Assembly (NCBI GenBank): GCA_044344255.1
Contig: JBIJDH010000019.1
Location: 32,001-96,000, forward strand
Direction of reading: 5' to 3'
DNA length: 64,000 bases
DNA from: Myxococcota bacterium
GTDB taxonomy: Bacteria > Myxococcota_A > UBA796 > UBA2385
Positions 18,573 to 26,912 of the stretch are shown piece by piece (position 1 is the first letter of the stretch; each line of letters opens with the position of its first letter). A model generated the notes under the pieces. The model did not search any database, was not told the origin of the DNA, and worked only from the letters and a program-made list of their open reading frames with translations. The position numbers and the translations under genes were made by a program.

Positions 18573-19907
18573 ATGACCGCGCCCGAGCCCACCCCCACCC
18601 CAGCGGCCCGGGCTGCGTCCTCGGGGCCCCCGGCCTCCGCCAACCTCGCCTGGGTGAGCCTGATCGGGTTCGTCGGCTTCGCGATCGCGGCCACCAGCCT
18701 CGCGGGGAGAGACCTCCCCCGCCACGTGTACACGAGCCTCTGCATGATCGCGACCGGCGCGCCGATGATGCTGGTCGATGTGCTGATCAACCGCGTCCAC
18801 CGCCGGGAGACGGCCGGCCTCTCCTGGGGGGCCGAGGCCCGGCCGGGCGCCTCGATGGAGCGCACGCTCGTCAAGTACGCCGGCCTCGCCGCCACCCTCG
18901 GGGCCCTGGCCTTCGTCTACTGGTTGGCCCCCGAGTGGTCCGGCACCAAGCACAACGACTTCTTCAACGCCATCGACTGGGCCTGGCCGGTGCTCCTCCC
19001 GGTGGCCCTCCTCTACATCCCCTTCGTCGACGCCCACATGCGGCAGCCCGAAGACGCCACCTTCCTCACCGGGGCCCTCCTCCTCGGAAAGCGGCGCTGG
19101 GCCGAGCTCGACGCCGCCCAGCGTCGGGAGCTCCGCGAGCATGCGCTCGGCTGGGTCATCAAAGGTTACTACCTCCCCCAGATGTTCGACCTCTACGTCG
19201 ACGCCGCCACTGGCCTCTCGAGCGCGCCCTGGGGCTCGATGTTCACGAGCAGCGTCTCCCTGGTCAAGGTCGGCCTCCGGGCCTCGGTCGCGGTCGACAT
19301 GGCCTTCGGCGCCCTCGGCTACTGCGCGACGCTGCGCCTCTTCGACGCGCAGATCCGCAGCACCAACCCGCTGGCCTGGGGCTGGATGGTCACCATCATG
19401 ATGTACCAGCCCTTCTGGTCGGTCTTCTCGAAGAACTTCTTCGCCTACGGAGATCGCGAGGACTGGCACAAGGTCCTGCCCGACATCCCGCCCCTGCTGT
19501 GGACCTGGGCCATCCTCATCGTGGCCACGCGGGTCGGCTGGGCCTGGGCAAACAGCATGTACGGTGGCCGCTTCAGCAACCTGACCCACCGCGGCATCAT
19601 CACCGCCGGCCCCTATCGCTGGACCCGCCACCCCTCCTATCTGTTCAAGAACCTCTCCTGGTGGCTGGCGGGCCTCCCCTTCCTCGGCGCGGCCAGCACG
19701 GAGGACGCGATCAAGGCGAGCCTCGCGATGTTGTGTGTGAACGGGATCTACCTCCTCCGCGCCAAGGCCGAGGAGCACCACCTCTCGGAAGACCCCACCT
19801 ACGTGGCCTACGCCAACTGGGTCGAAGAGAACAGTCCTCTGCGGTTCTTGCGCAAGATCTTCCCCTTCATCCGATATCGTCACGCCGCGGGGCGCATCGC
19901 CGACTGA
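18573..19907 (+). CDS. Isoprenylcysteine carboxyl methyltransferase (ICMT/PEMT) family membrane protein
   Basis: Multiple TM helices; RFSNLTHRGIITAGPYRWTRHPSY and RAKAEEHHL motifs. Confidence 0.8.
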   Translation: MTAPEPTPTPAARAASSGPPASANLAWVSLIGFVGFAIAATSLAGRDLPRHVYTSLCMIATGAPMMLVDVLINRVHRRETAGLSWGAEARPGASMERTLVKYAGLAATLGALAFVYWLAPEWSGTKHNDFFNAIDWAWPVLLPVALLYIPFVDAHMRQPEDATFLTGALLLGKRRWAELDAAQRRELREHALGWVIKGYYLPQMFDLYVDAATGLSSAPWGSMFTSSVSLVKVGLRASVAVDMAFGALGYCATLRLFDAQIRSTNPLAWGWMVTIMMYQPFWSVFSKNFFAYGDREDWHKVLPDIPPLLWTWAILIVATRVGWAWANSMYGGRFSNLTHRGIITAGPYRWTRHPSYLFKNLSWWLAGLPFLGAASTEDAIKASLAMLCVNGIYLLRAKAEEHHLSEDPTYVAYANWVEENSPLRFLRKIFPFIRYRHAAGRIAD

Positions 19908-19929
19908 CCGGCGAGCGACCCCGCGTGGG

Positions 19930-19968
19930 GTGGCGGAGTGACAGGCGTGGCGGAGTGACAGGCGTGGC
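19930..19968 (+). repeat. 17-bp tandem repeat (2.3 copies), intergenic
   Basis: GTGGCGGAGTGACAGGC twice, then GTGGC. Confidence 0.85.
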
Positions 19969-20005
19969 TCTCACGCTATGGAGCCTCCCCGACCCGGAGC
20001 CCGCC

Positions 20006-20437
20006 ATGTCCAAGAAGAGCCCGACCCACCCGGCCGCCCCCCCCCACGCCGCCGAAGCGGCGCTCGACGAGAACCCGCTCTTCGGCGCGCCTCAGCCCCC
20101 CCTCGCCGACGAGCCCTGCCTGCCGCCCCGCAGCCGAGTGCCCCCCCTGGAGCGGGCCGAGGCGGAGCGCTGGCTCCAGCGCCTCGAGCCCGGCTGGGCC
20201 GTGAACAAGGCCGGGCACCTCGAGCGCGACTTCCGCTTCCCCGACTGGAAAGGTGCGATGGACTTCGCCGTGGCGGTGGGCGATCTCGCCGAGGCGGTCG
20301 ATCACCACCCGCTGCTGCACATCACCTGGGGCCGCTGCGGCATGGAGCTCTGGACCCACAGCATCGGCGGCCTGCACCCGGCCGACTTCGTCCTCGCCGC
20401 CCGCGCAGACCGCGCCTACGCGGCCCGTCGGGCCTGA
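20006..20437 (+). CDS. Pterin-4a-carbinolamine dehydratase (PhhB-like)
   Basis: DHHP, WTHSIGGL and DFVLAA motifs. Confidence 0.9.
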   Translation: MSKKSPTHPAAPPHAAEAALDENPLFGAPQPPLADEPCLPPRSRVPPLERAEAERWLQRLEPGWAVNKAGHLERDFRFPDWKGAMDFAVAVGDLAEAVDHHPLLHITWGRCGMELWTHSIGGLHPADFVLAARADRAYAARRA

Positions 20438-20456
20438 CGCAGGTTAAGCTCTGCCC

Positions 20457-21341
20457 ATGTCGAGCTCCGCGCTGCCCTCCACCCCTCCCGAGCTGTCCCC
20501 GCCCGCGCACCCGCGGGTGGACGATCACTTCATTCAGGAGGGCGCGCGTGTCGAGGTTCTACGAGGGATCTTGCTGATGGCGCCGCCTGCCCAGGAGCCC
20601 CACGCCACCGCCCACCTCTCGCTGGCCTACCTGCTCGGCGCCTATGTGGCCTCGGGCTGGAAGGCCGCCGTAGACATGCTCACCCGGACGAGCGAGGCCT
20701 CGAACTTCGCGCCCGACGCGAGCGTCTACCCCGAGGCCCGGGACCCGGTCACGAAGGGGCGCCAGCTCGAGGAGCTCGCCTTCGAGATCGCAGACTCCCA
20801 GCCCCTCGACTCCGCGGGCGAGAAGGCCCGTGAGCTCACCCGCCGCGGCGTTCGGCGGGTCTTCTGCGTCGTGGTCAAGCACAGCCGGGTGCTCGAGTGG
20901 TCGGTCGACACCGACGGCTGGAGCCCCCTGCCCGCGAACGCGCGCATCGAAGACCGCTGCTTCGTCCGACCGCTCCCCGCCCGCGCCTTGGTGCACGCCT
21001 CCGACTGCGACGAGGCCGTGGTGGCCGCGCTCCGCGCCCGCCGCACCCCCGCGCTGGTCGCGCTCCAGGCCGAGGCGCACGCCGAGGGCCGAGTGGAGGG
21101 CCGAGTGGAGGGCCGAGTGGAGGGCCGAGTGGAGGGCCGAGTGGAGGGCCGAGCCGACGGCCTCGCCAAGGCGCTCCACACGGTGCTCCAGGCCCGCGGC
21201 CTCCGGCCCAGCCCCGCCGAGGCCACCCGCATCGACACGGCCGACGCGGCCACCTTGGAGGGTTGGCTCGTGGCCGCCCTCTCCGCCTCGGCGGTGGCCT
21301 CCCTGTGGGGGGCTGGGCCCGAGCGCGGCGGCGACGCCTGA
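20457..21341 (+). CDS. Uma2 family (PD-(D/E)XK) endonuclease with EGRV repeats and helical C-terminal domain
   Basis: VEVLRG, FAPDASVY, LAFEI, GVRRVF; (EGRV)5 then a C-terminal LQARG...LEGWL segment. Confidence 0.8.
   Translation: MSSSALPSTPPELSPPAHPRVDDHFIQEGARVEVLRGILLMAPPAQEPHATAHLSLAYLLGAYVASGWKAAVDMLTRTSEASNFAPDASVYPEARDPVTKGRQLEELAFEIADSQPLDSAGEKARELTRRGVRRVFCVVVKHSRVLEWSVDTDGWSPLPANARIEDRCFVRPLPARALVHASDCDEAVVAALRARRTPALVALQAEAHAEGRVEGRVEGRVEGRVEGRVEGRADGLAKALHTVLQARGLRPSPAEATRIDTADAATLEGWLVAALSASAVASLWGAGPERGGDA
21084..21152 (+). repeat. 12-bp coding tandem repeat GAGGGCCGAGTG (5 full copies plus 9 bp)
   Basis: Read directly from the sequence; encodes EGRV repeats. Confidence 0.95.
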
Positions 21342-21350
21342 CTCGCCGGT

Positions 21351-22010
21351 CTACCCGACGGCGGCGGGCCGCTCGATGAGCCAGGTCTGGGTCTTCATCC
21401 AGGTATGCCCACGGGACCGGAAGCGAGGCTCGATCTCGTCCGAGTCGGCCACGAGGCTACACGACCAGTCCCCGTAGCGCCGCTCCACCTCCTCGGCGCT
21501 CACGCTCCAGGGCGGGCCGGGGTGTACACTCTGATCATAAGCGAAGGTGCTCAGCAGGAGCTGCCCGCCCGGACGAAGCAGGCCCCGAAGCGCCGCGACG
21601 TAGGCCGGACGCATGTCTTCGGGCAGGGCGACCATGGCGCCCCGATCCCAAGCGCGGTCGAAGGTGCCCACCTGAGCGGGGAGGAGGGAGAGGAAGTCAC
21701 CGCAGATCACGGTCACACCCTCCGCCTCCACGCGGCGCAGGCCGTCCCGCTCCTCCAGCGACCCGTCCACCCCCTCCTGCTTCATCCACTCGCGCACCGC
21801 GGTCTCCACGAGCTCGACGCCGACCACCCCGTGCCCCTGGCTGGCCATCCAGGCGAGGTCTCGCGACTTTCCGGAGAGGGGCACCAGCACCCGATGGGGG
21901 CCGCCGGACAGGAAGCGCGCCGACAGCGCCGCGAGGTCTGGGCTGATCTCGTCTCGATGAAAGCCGATCTCTCCCAACGCCCATCGACTCGACCAGAAGT
22001 CCTTGTCCAT
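21351..22010 (-). CDS. Thiopurine S-methyltransferase family protein
   Basis: MDKDFWSSRW...IGFH, RVLVPLSGKS, GVEL, WDRGAMVALP, GPPWSV. Confidence 0.9.
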   Translation of the reverse strand: MDKDFWSSRWALGEIGFHRDEISPDLAALSARFLSGGPHRVLVPLSGKSRDLAWMASQGHGVVGVELVETAVREWMKQEGVDGSLEERDGLRRVEAEGVTVICGDFLSLLPAQVGTFDRAWDRGAMVALPEDMRPAYVAALRGLLRPGGQLLLSTFAYDQSVHPGPPWSVSAEEVERRYGDWSCSLVADSDEIEPRFRSRGHTWMKTQTWLIERPAAVG

Positions 22011-22127
22011 GCACCCTCCCCGGCCCACCCCTATACCCGCGGCGCCGCCACGACGCGCGGCCCCAGATTTCACACCGGCGGCCGCGCTCCGGCATAGACT
22101 CCGCGAACCCGAAGAAGGGAATCGCCC

Positions 22128-24143
22128 ATGGTCCGCCCCTCGTCCTTGTCCTCGTCCTCGTCCTCGTCCTCGTCCTTGTCCTCGACCTCGCTGTCCGCTC
22201 GCCGCTCGCCCCGATCGGCCACTCCGCACGCCCGGCTCCTCGCGGCGCTCCTGAGCTTCGGAGCCCTCGGAGCCGGCGGTTGTAACGACTACAACCTCGC
22301 CGGAGAGAAAGAGGCCCCCGGCCGCGGCGAAGGAGACACCGGCACCCCCGGCGAGGACTGGACCGAGCAGGACGTGCCCCCCGACTGCAAGGCCACCCAG
22401 TTCCCCGCAGAGGAGGTGGGCGTCGGCGACTCCTGCCCCACGCCCCCCGAGGGCACCTTCAACCCGATCGTCGAGTGGGACTACGGCGACGGCTGGGGCT
22501 GCCTCTCGCAGCCGATCGTCGCCGACATGGACGCCGACGGCAAGCCCGAGGTCGTGGTCAACATCCTCAAGAGCTTCTTCAACCCCCCGGGCGTGCTCAC
22601 GGTGCTCCACGGCGACGGCTCCGGCCTCATCTGGGAGGACACCGGCGCCATCATGGCCTACGGCTCGCCCCCCGCCGTGGCAGACCTCGACGACGACGGC
22701 TACCCCGAGATCGTCATCGTGCGCGAGTACGCGAGCGCCCTCTTCGGCGCCGGCGACTACACCGCCGCCGCCTACGACAACGAGGGCAACGAGCTCTGGG
22801 AGTCCGAGCACTTCATCGACCGCGAATTCGACTGGGCCAGCGCGCCGGTCATCCGCGACATGAACCACGACGGTGACCCCGAGATCGTGATCGGCCGCGT
22901 GATCTTCAACCACGACGGCACAGTGCGCGGCGTCGGCCAGTACGGCCGCGGCTCCTATGGGCTCTATGAGCTCGGAGACTTCGTCGTCGGTGAGTCGGCC
23001 GTCCCCGCCGTGACCGACCTCAACCTCGACGGCGAGGACGAGGTGGTGGTCGGCAACGCCATCTACGACATCGACGGCAACGCCACCTGGTTCGATGACG
23101 CCGAAGATGACGGCATGATCAGCATCGCCAACCTCGACGCCGACCCCGAGGGCGAGTTCGTCGCCATCACCGGCAACACGATCCGCGCGGTTGACACCGA
23201 CGGCACCATCCTCTGGGGCCCCACCGTGGTGGACGGCGCCAACATCCTCGCCACTGCGGGCATCGCCGACCTCGACCTCGACGGCCTGCCCGAGCTCGTC
23301 ACCGCCGGCGGGAATCGGCTCGTCGTGTTCAACCACGACGGCACGGTGCTGTGGTCCACCCACGTCACCGACACCTCCGGGGCCACCGGGGCCTCCTTCT
23401 TCGACTTCGAGGGGGACGGCGTGCCGGAGGTGGTCTACATCGACGAGGTCGAGATGGCCGTCTATGACGGCCCCACCGGCGCGCTCAAGTTCTTCAACGA
23501 CGAGCACGCCTCGAACACCATGTTCGACTACCCCACCGTGGCCGACGTCGACGCCGACGACCACGCCGAGATCATCGTCTGCCACAACAGCTTCTCGAGC
23601 GCGCTCAGCGTCTACGGCGACGTCAACGACTCCTGGATGCCGGCCCGAAAGGTCTGGAACCAGCACGCCTACGACATCACCAACATCAACGACGACCTCA
23701 GCGTCCCGCTTGACCCCACCCCCGGCTTCGCCGACACCAACACCTGGCACTCCGCCATCGCCACCACCGGTGAGTCGCTGGTCAACGACGTCAGCGCCGA
23801 GATCCTGGAGATCTGCGAGGACGACTGCGACCAGGGCTACGTCTGGGTGACCGCGCGGGCGCTCAACTACGCCGCCGAGGACCTCGAGGCTGGCCTACAC
23901 GTCGCCCTCTACGGGCGCTCCGGCGGGGTCGACAGCTACCTCGCCGACACCGTGCTCGAGGCGCCGATCCGGTCCGGCTGGAGCTCGGAGGGCCTCGTGT
24001 TCCACGTGGAAGCAGACCTCCTCGACGGCGCAGACTCCCTCTGGTTCGCCGCCGATGACGACGGGACGGGCACCGGCGCCCTCCTCGAGTGTGCGGAGAC
24101 CAACAACGGCTTCCAGTGGAACGGCCCCTTCTGCGCAGGATGA
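22128..24143 (+). CDS. FG-GAP/VCBS repeat beta-propeller lipoprotein (paralog A)
   Basis: Ser-rich N-terminus, lipobox AGGC, multiple ADLDxDGxPE repeats, FDFEGDG, WNQHAY. Confidence 0.85.
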   Translation: MVRPSSLSSSSSSSSSLSSTSLSARRSPRSATPHARLLAALLSFGALGAGGCNDYNLAGEKEAPGRGEGDTGTPGEDWTEQDVPPDCKATQFPAEEVGVGDSCPTPPEGTFNPIVEWDYGDGWGCLSQPIVADMDADGKPEVVVNILKSFFNPPGVLTVLHGDGSGLIWEDTGAIMAYGSPPAVADLDDDGYPEIVIVREYASALFGAGDYTAAAYDNEGNELWESEHFIDREFDWASAPVIRDMNHDGDPEIVIGRVIFNHDGTVRGVGQYGRGSYGLYELGDFVVGESAVPAVTDLNLDGEDEVVVGNAIYDIDGNATWFDDAEDDGMISIANLDADPEGEFVAITGNTIRAVDTDGTILWGPTVVDGANILATAGIADLDLDGLPELVTAGGNRLVVFNHDGTVLWSTHVTDTSGATGASFFDFEGDGVPEVVYIDEVEMAVYDGPTGALKFFNDEHASNTMFDYPTVADVDADDHAEIIVCHNSFSSALSVYGDVNDSWMPARKVWNQHAYDITNINDDLSVPLDPTPGFADTNTWHSAIATTGESLVNDVSAEILEICEDDCDQGYVWVTARALNYAAEDLEAGLHVALYGRSGGVDSYLADTVLEAPIRSGWSSEGLVFHVEADLLDGADSLWFAADDDGTGTGALLECAETNNGFQWNGPFCAG

Positions 24144-24245
24144 GCGTGGCGTCGCCTCCGCAGCGAGCGGACACGCGACGAGGGGAGCGCCGAGCAGCGC
24201 CATGGGGTAGCCTCCAGAGACCTCCACCCGAGCGCACCGCCCCGC

Positions 24246-26885
24246 ATGGCCCAGCCTGAACCGCCCGCCCTGGACGCGCTCGTCGATCAGGCCGACCAGC
24301 GGGCGCCCTTCGCGGCGGAGGAGCCTCCCTCGGAGGCCATGGCCGAGGCGCCGCGCACCGACGGCCCCCTCGAGGTGGAGGAGCCTCCCAAGCCGGTCGT
24401 GGCGGAGGCGCCGCGCACCGATGGCCCCCTCGAGGCGGCCGGCCACCCGAGCCTGCGGGCGGCCGATCGCATCGAGCCCGGCGCCCTGCGCTGGTTCCGC
24501 GGACGCCGCGCCCGCACCATGGAGGCCATCGGCGAGCCCTGGGGCGACGCCAGCAACCGCATCCATTGGGACGACGCCGACGTCACCGTCTTCTCGATCG
24601 TCTTCTCGACGATGGAGGAGCTCGGAGAGCCGCACACGAGCGCCGACGCAGGGGGCCCCGAGCCGAGCCCGGGCGACGAGGAGCGGCCGCTCTGGGCCAC
24701 CCAGACGATGGAGGACGCGGCCCGCACCAGCGACTGGTCCCGCGCCCGCGTGCCCCTGCCCCCCGACGCCAACCCGAACGACTGGCCGGAGCGCCGCCTC
24801 GAAGGCGCGGGGGATCCCACGGAGCTCGCCGCCGCGCGCCTCCGCGCGGGCCCCGGGGAAGACGCCGCTGGCGGGAGCAGCGCCGAGGGGGCCGGTGAGC
24901 CGGGGTCCGCGGCGGCCGCCCGCGTCCGGCGCCCCGTCGAGGCGGCCGAGCTCGAGGGGGCCAGCGCGCTCGAGGGGGCTGGGGAGCCCGCGACCGCCGC
25001 CGCCGCGCGCCTCCGGGGGCCCGAGGGCTCCGCCGCCGAAGACGCCACCGCGAGCGCGCTCGAGGGCCTCGTGGAGGCCGCCGGAGGCCGCCGCTACGCC
25101 CCCGCCGAGGCCACCGCCAACGACGCCCGCGCCGCGTCCAGCCCCACCGCCGAGGGCGCGGGGCACCCGGTCCTCGCGGGGCGCCTCCGCTACCAGCCCG
25201 TCCAGCCGCGCACGCAGCCGGAGGGCGCCAGCGGCCTCGAAGAGCTCGGTGAGCCCGTCCCCCTCGCGGCCGCCCGCGTCACGCCGGCGGTGGACGACGA
25301 AGAGGCACCGTCCGTCGGCACCCTCGAGGGGGCGCTCTTCACCGCCCAGATGTGGCAGGGGGCCGTCCCCGCCCCGCCCGCCCGTCACCCGAACGACTGG
25401 ACCGCCCGACACCTCGAGGGGGCCGGCGAGCCCCAGGTCGAGGCCGAGGCTCGCCTCCCGCTCGGCGCCGGGCCCTCCGCCTCCGGCGGCGCCACCCTCG
25501 AGGCCGCTGCCTCCCCCTCCGCCCACGCCGATGAGCGCTTCGTCTTCACGGGCGGCGGCCCCACGACCTCCGCCCCGACCCTCGAGGGCGCCGCCCGCAC
25601 CTCCACCGACGCCACCGGCCGAATGGGGGGCCCGCCGCCCCGACCGCCCGTGCCGACCGGCCTCGAGGGCGCCCTAACGGTGCCGGTGCTCGGGCGTGCC
25701 GAGCGCGGTCCGCGTCCCCCGCCGCCTCCCCCCGAGGCCCCGGTCGGCGAGGGCTACACCGTCGCCCCCCTCGACACCCTGGTCATCTCCTCCGCGCCCG
25801 GCGAGGGGCAGGTCTGCGGCCAGTGCGGCGGGCCCCTGCGGGTCCAGCGGATCGAGCGGGAGCGCCGCTTCGACTTCGCCTGGCAGAGCTTCCAGCGCGA
25901 GGAGCTTCACCGCCAATGGCTGGACTGCCCGGCCTGCCCCGTCGAGCCGCCCCAGCGCGCCCTCTCACCGGCCGTGGCCAGCCGCCGCCTGCCGCTCTCC
26001 AACGGCCTGCTCGCCCAGGTCCTGGTCGCCCGCTTCGGCGAGCACAGCCCGCTCGTCCAGGTCCAGCGGACCCTCTCCGAGCTCGGCCTCGAGCTCTCGC
26101 TCCGCCAGCTCGCCGAGGAGTGCGCGCGGGTGGGCCGCCTCGCCGCGCCGCTGGTCAGCCACATGGCCGCAGCGGGGCCCGCGGTCCAGGTGGACGCCGA
26201 GGGCGTGCGGGCCGTCGAGATCATCGGCCGCAGCCAGCGCCGGGGCGCCCTCTACGGGCGGCGGACCCCGGAGGGCGTCCTCTTCACCTGGGTTCCGGAC
26301 GGCGAGGCCCCCCCCGCCGCCCAGGGGTCCCGCGGCGCCGCCTCTCTCGCCGGCACCCTCTACGCCGCGGTGCTCGGCCGCAGCGCCGCCGGCTTCGCGA
26401 GCCGGGCCCGCCAGCGCTTCTTCGAGGCCCTCCCGCGCTCCCCCGGCGGCGCAGGCACGGCCCTCCACCACCTGCACGCCGTAGAGGGGGTGGCCCGCGT
26501 CGACGAGGCGGCCCGCGCGCGCGCCGAGGCGCGGCTCCTGAGCTGGCTCGAGGCGGAGCGGCAGCGCTTCGGCTCGACCCCCGACACCCGCCTCCAGCGC
26601 GCCGTGGCCACCACCCTCGATCAGTGGCCCCGCATGGCCCCGCTCGTCGAGCCCCGAGACAGCGCCGCCCTCGGCCCTCTCCTCAAGGGGGGGCCCCGCG
26701 AGTGGCTCTTCGACGCCGCCGAGGGGGGGGTGGTCAACGCCGCCCTCTGGCACAGCCTCATCGAGAGCTGTCGCCTGCTCGGGATCCGGCCCTGGGCCTA
26801 CCTCACCGACCTCCTCTCCGCCCTGGCCGCCAGCCCCGACCTCCCCGTCGCTCCGTGGACCCCCGCCGCCTGGTCCGCTCGATAA
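24246..26885 (+). CDS. Repeat-array protein fused to a degenerate IS66-family TnpC transposase scaffold
   Basis: CGQCGG...CPAC zinc finger, GLLAQVLVARFGEHSPL, RARQRFFEA, REWLF...SLIESCRLLGIRPWAYLTDLL match IS66 TnpC blocks in order; N-terminal ~490 aa are periodic repeats. Confidence 0.8.
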   Translation: MAQPEPPALDALVDQADQRAPFAAEEPPSEAMAEAPRTDGPLEVEEPPKPVVAEAPRTDGPLEAAGHPSLRAADRIEPGALRWFRGRRARTMEAIGEPWGDASNRIHWDDADVTVFSIVFSTMEELGEPHTSADAGGPEPSPGDEERPLWATQTMEDAARTSDWSRARVPLPPDANPNDWPERRLEGAGDPTELAAARLRAGPGEDAAGGSSAEGAGEPGSAAAARVRRPVEAAELEGASALEGAGEPATAAAARLRGPEGSAAEDATASALEGLVEAAGGRRYAPAEATANDARAASSPTAEGAGHPVLAGRLRYQPVQPRTQPEGASGLEELGEPVPLAAARVTPAVDDEEAPSVGTLEGALFTAQMWQGAVPAPPARHPNDWTARHLEGAGEPQVEAEARLPLGAGPSASGGATLEAAASPSAHADERFVFTGGGPTTSAPTLEGAARTSTDATGRMGGPPPRPPVPTGLEGALTVPVLGRAERGPRPPPPPPEAPVGEGYTVAPLDTLVISSAPGEGQVCGQCGGPLRVQRIERERRFDFAWQSFQREELHRQWLDCPACPVEPPQRALSPAVASRRLPLSNGLLAQVLVARFGEHSPLVQVQRTLSELGLELSLRQLAEECARVGRLAAPLVSHMAAAGPAVQVDAEGVRAVEIIGRSQRRGALYGRRTPEGVLFTWVPDGEAPPAAQGSRGAASLAGTLYAAVLGRSAAGFASRARQRFFEALPRSPGGAGTALHHLHAVEGVARVDEAARARAEARLLSWLEAERQRFGSTPDTRLQRAVATTLDQWPRMAPLVEPRDSAALGPLLKGGPREWLFDAAEGGVVNAALWHSLIESCRLLGIRPWAYLTDLLSALAASPDLPVAPWTPAAWSAR
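24429..25706 (+). repeat. 15 degenerate protein-level repeats, period 27-32 aa
   Basis: Consensus about [LM]EGAGEPxxxAxAR[LVI], from residue 62 to about residue 487 of the ORF. Confidence 0.8.
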
Positions 26886-26912
26886 GCTCCCCTCCACCCC
26901 GACGGACCGACC

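Noticed and set aside
16383..19883. 1166-aa minus-strand ORF and similar long shadow ORFs (e.g. 44148..47801, 4572..6752, 9195..11519)
   Set aside because: Antisense or off-frame to well-supported genes; a known artefact of stop-codon scarcity at high GC
19930..19968. 17-bp tandem repeat as a regulatory site
   Set aside because: Only 2.3 copies, not noticed elsewhere in the window; simple slippage explains it
22137..22190. (TCCTCG/TCCTTG)n hexamer run as a phase-variation switch
   Set aside because: The unit length is a multiple of 3, so slippage only changes the Ser tract before the signal peptide
24429..25706. CRISPR-like DNA repeat-spacer array
   Set aside because: Conservation is at the amino-acid level with degenerate codons, the region is one open frame, and no cas genes are present
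24144..26912. Active IS66 insertion sequence
   Set aside because: No tnpA/tnpB, no GTAA-type terminal inverted repeats or 8-bp target duplication seen, and the catalytic motifs are degenerate
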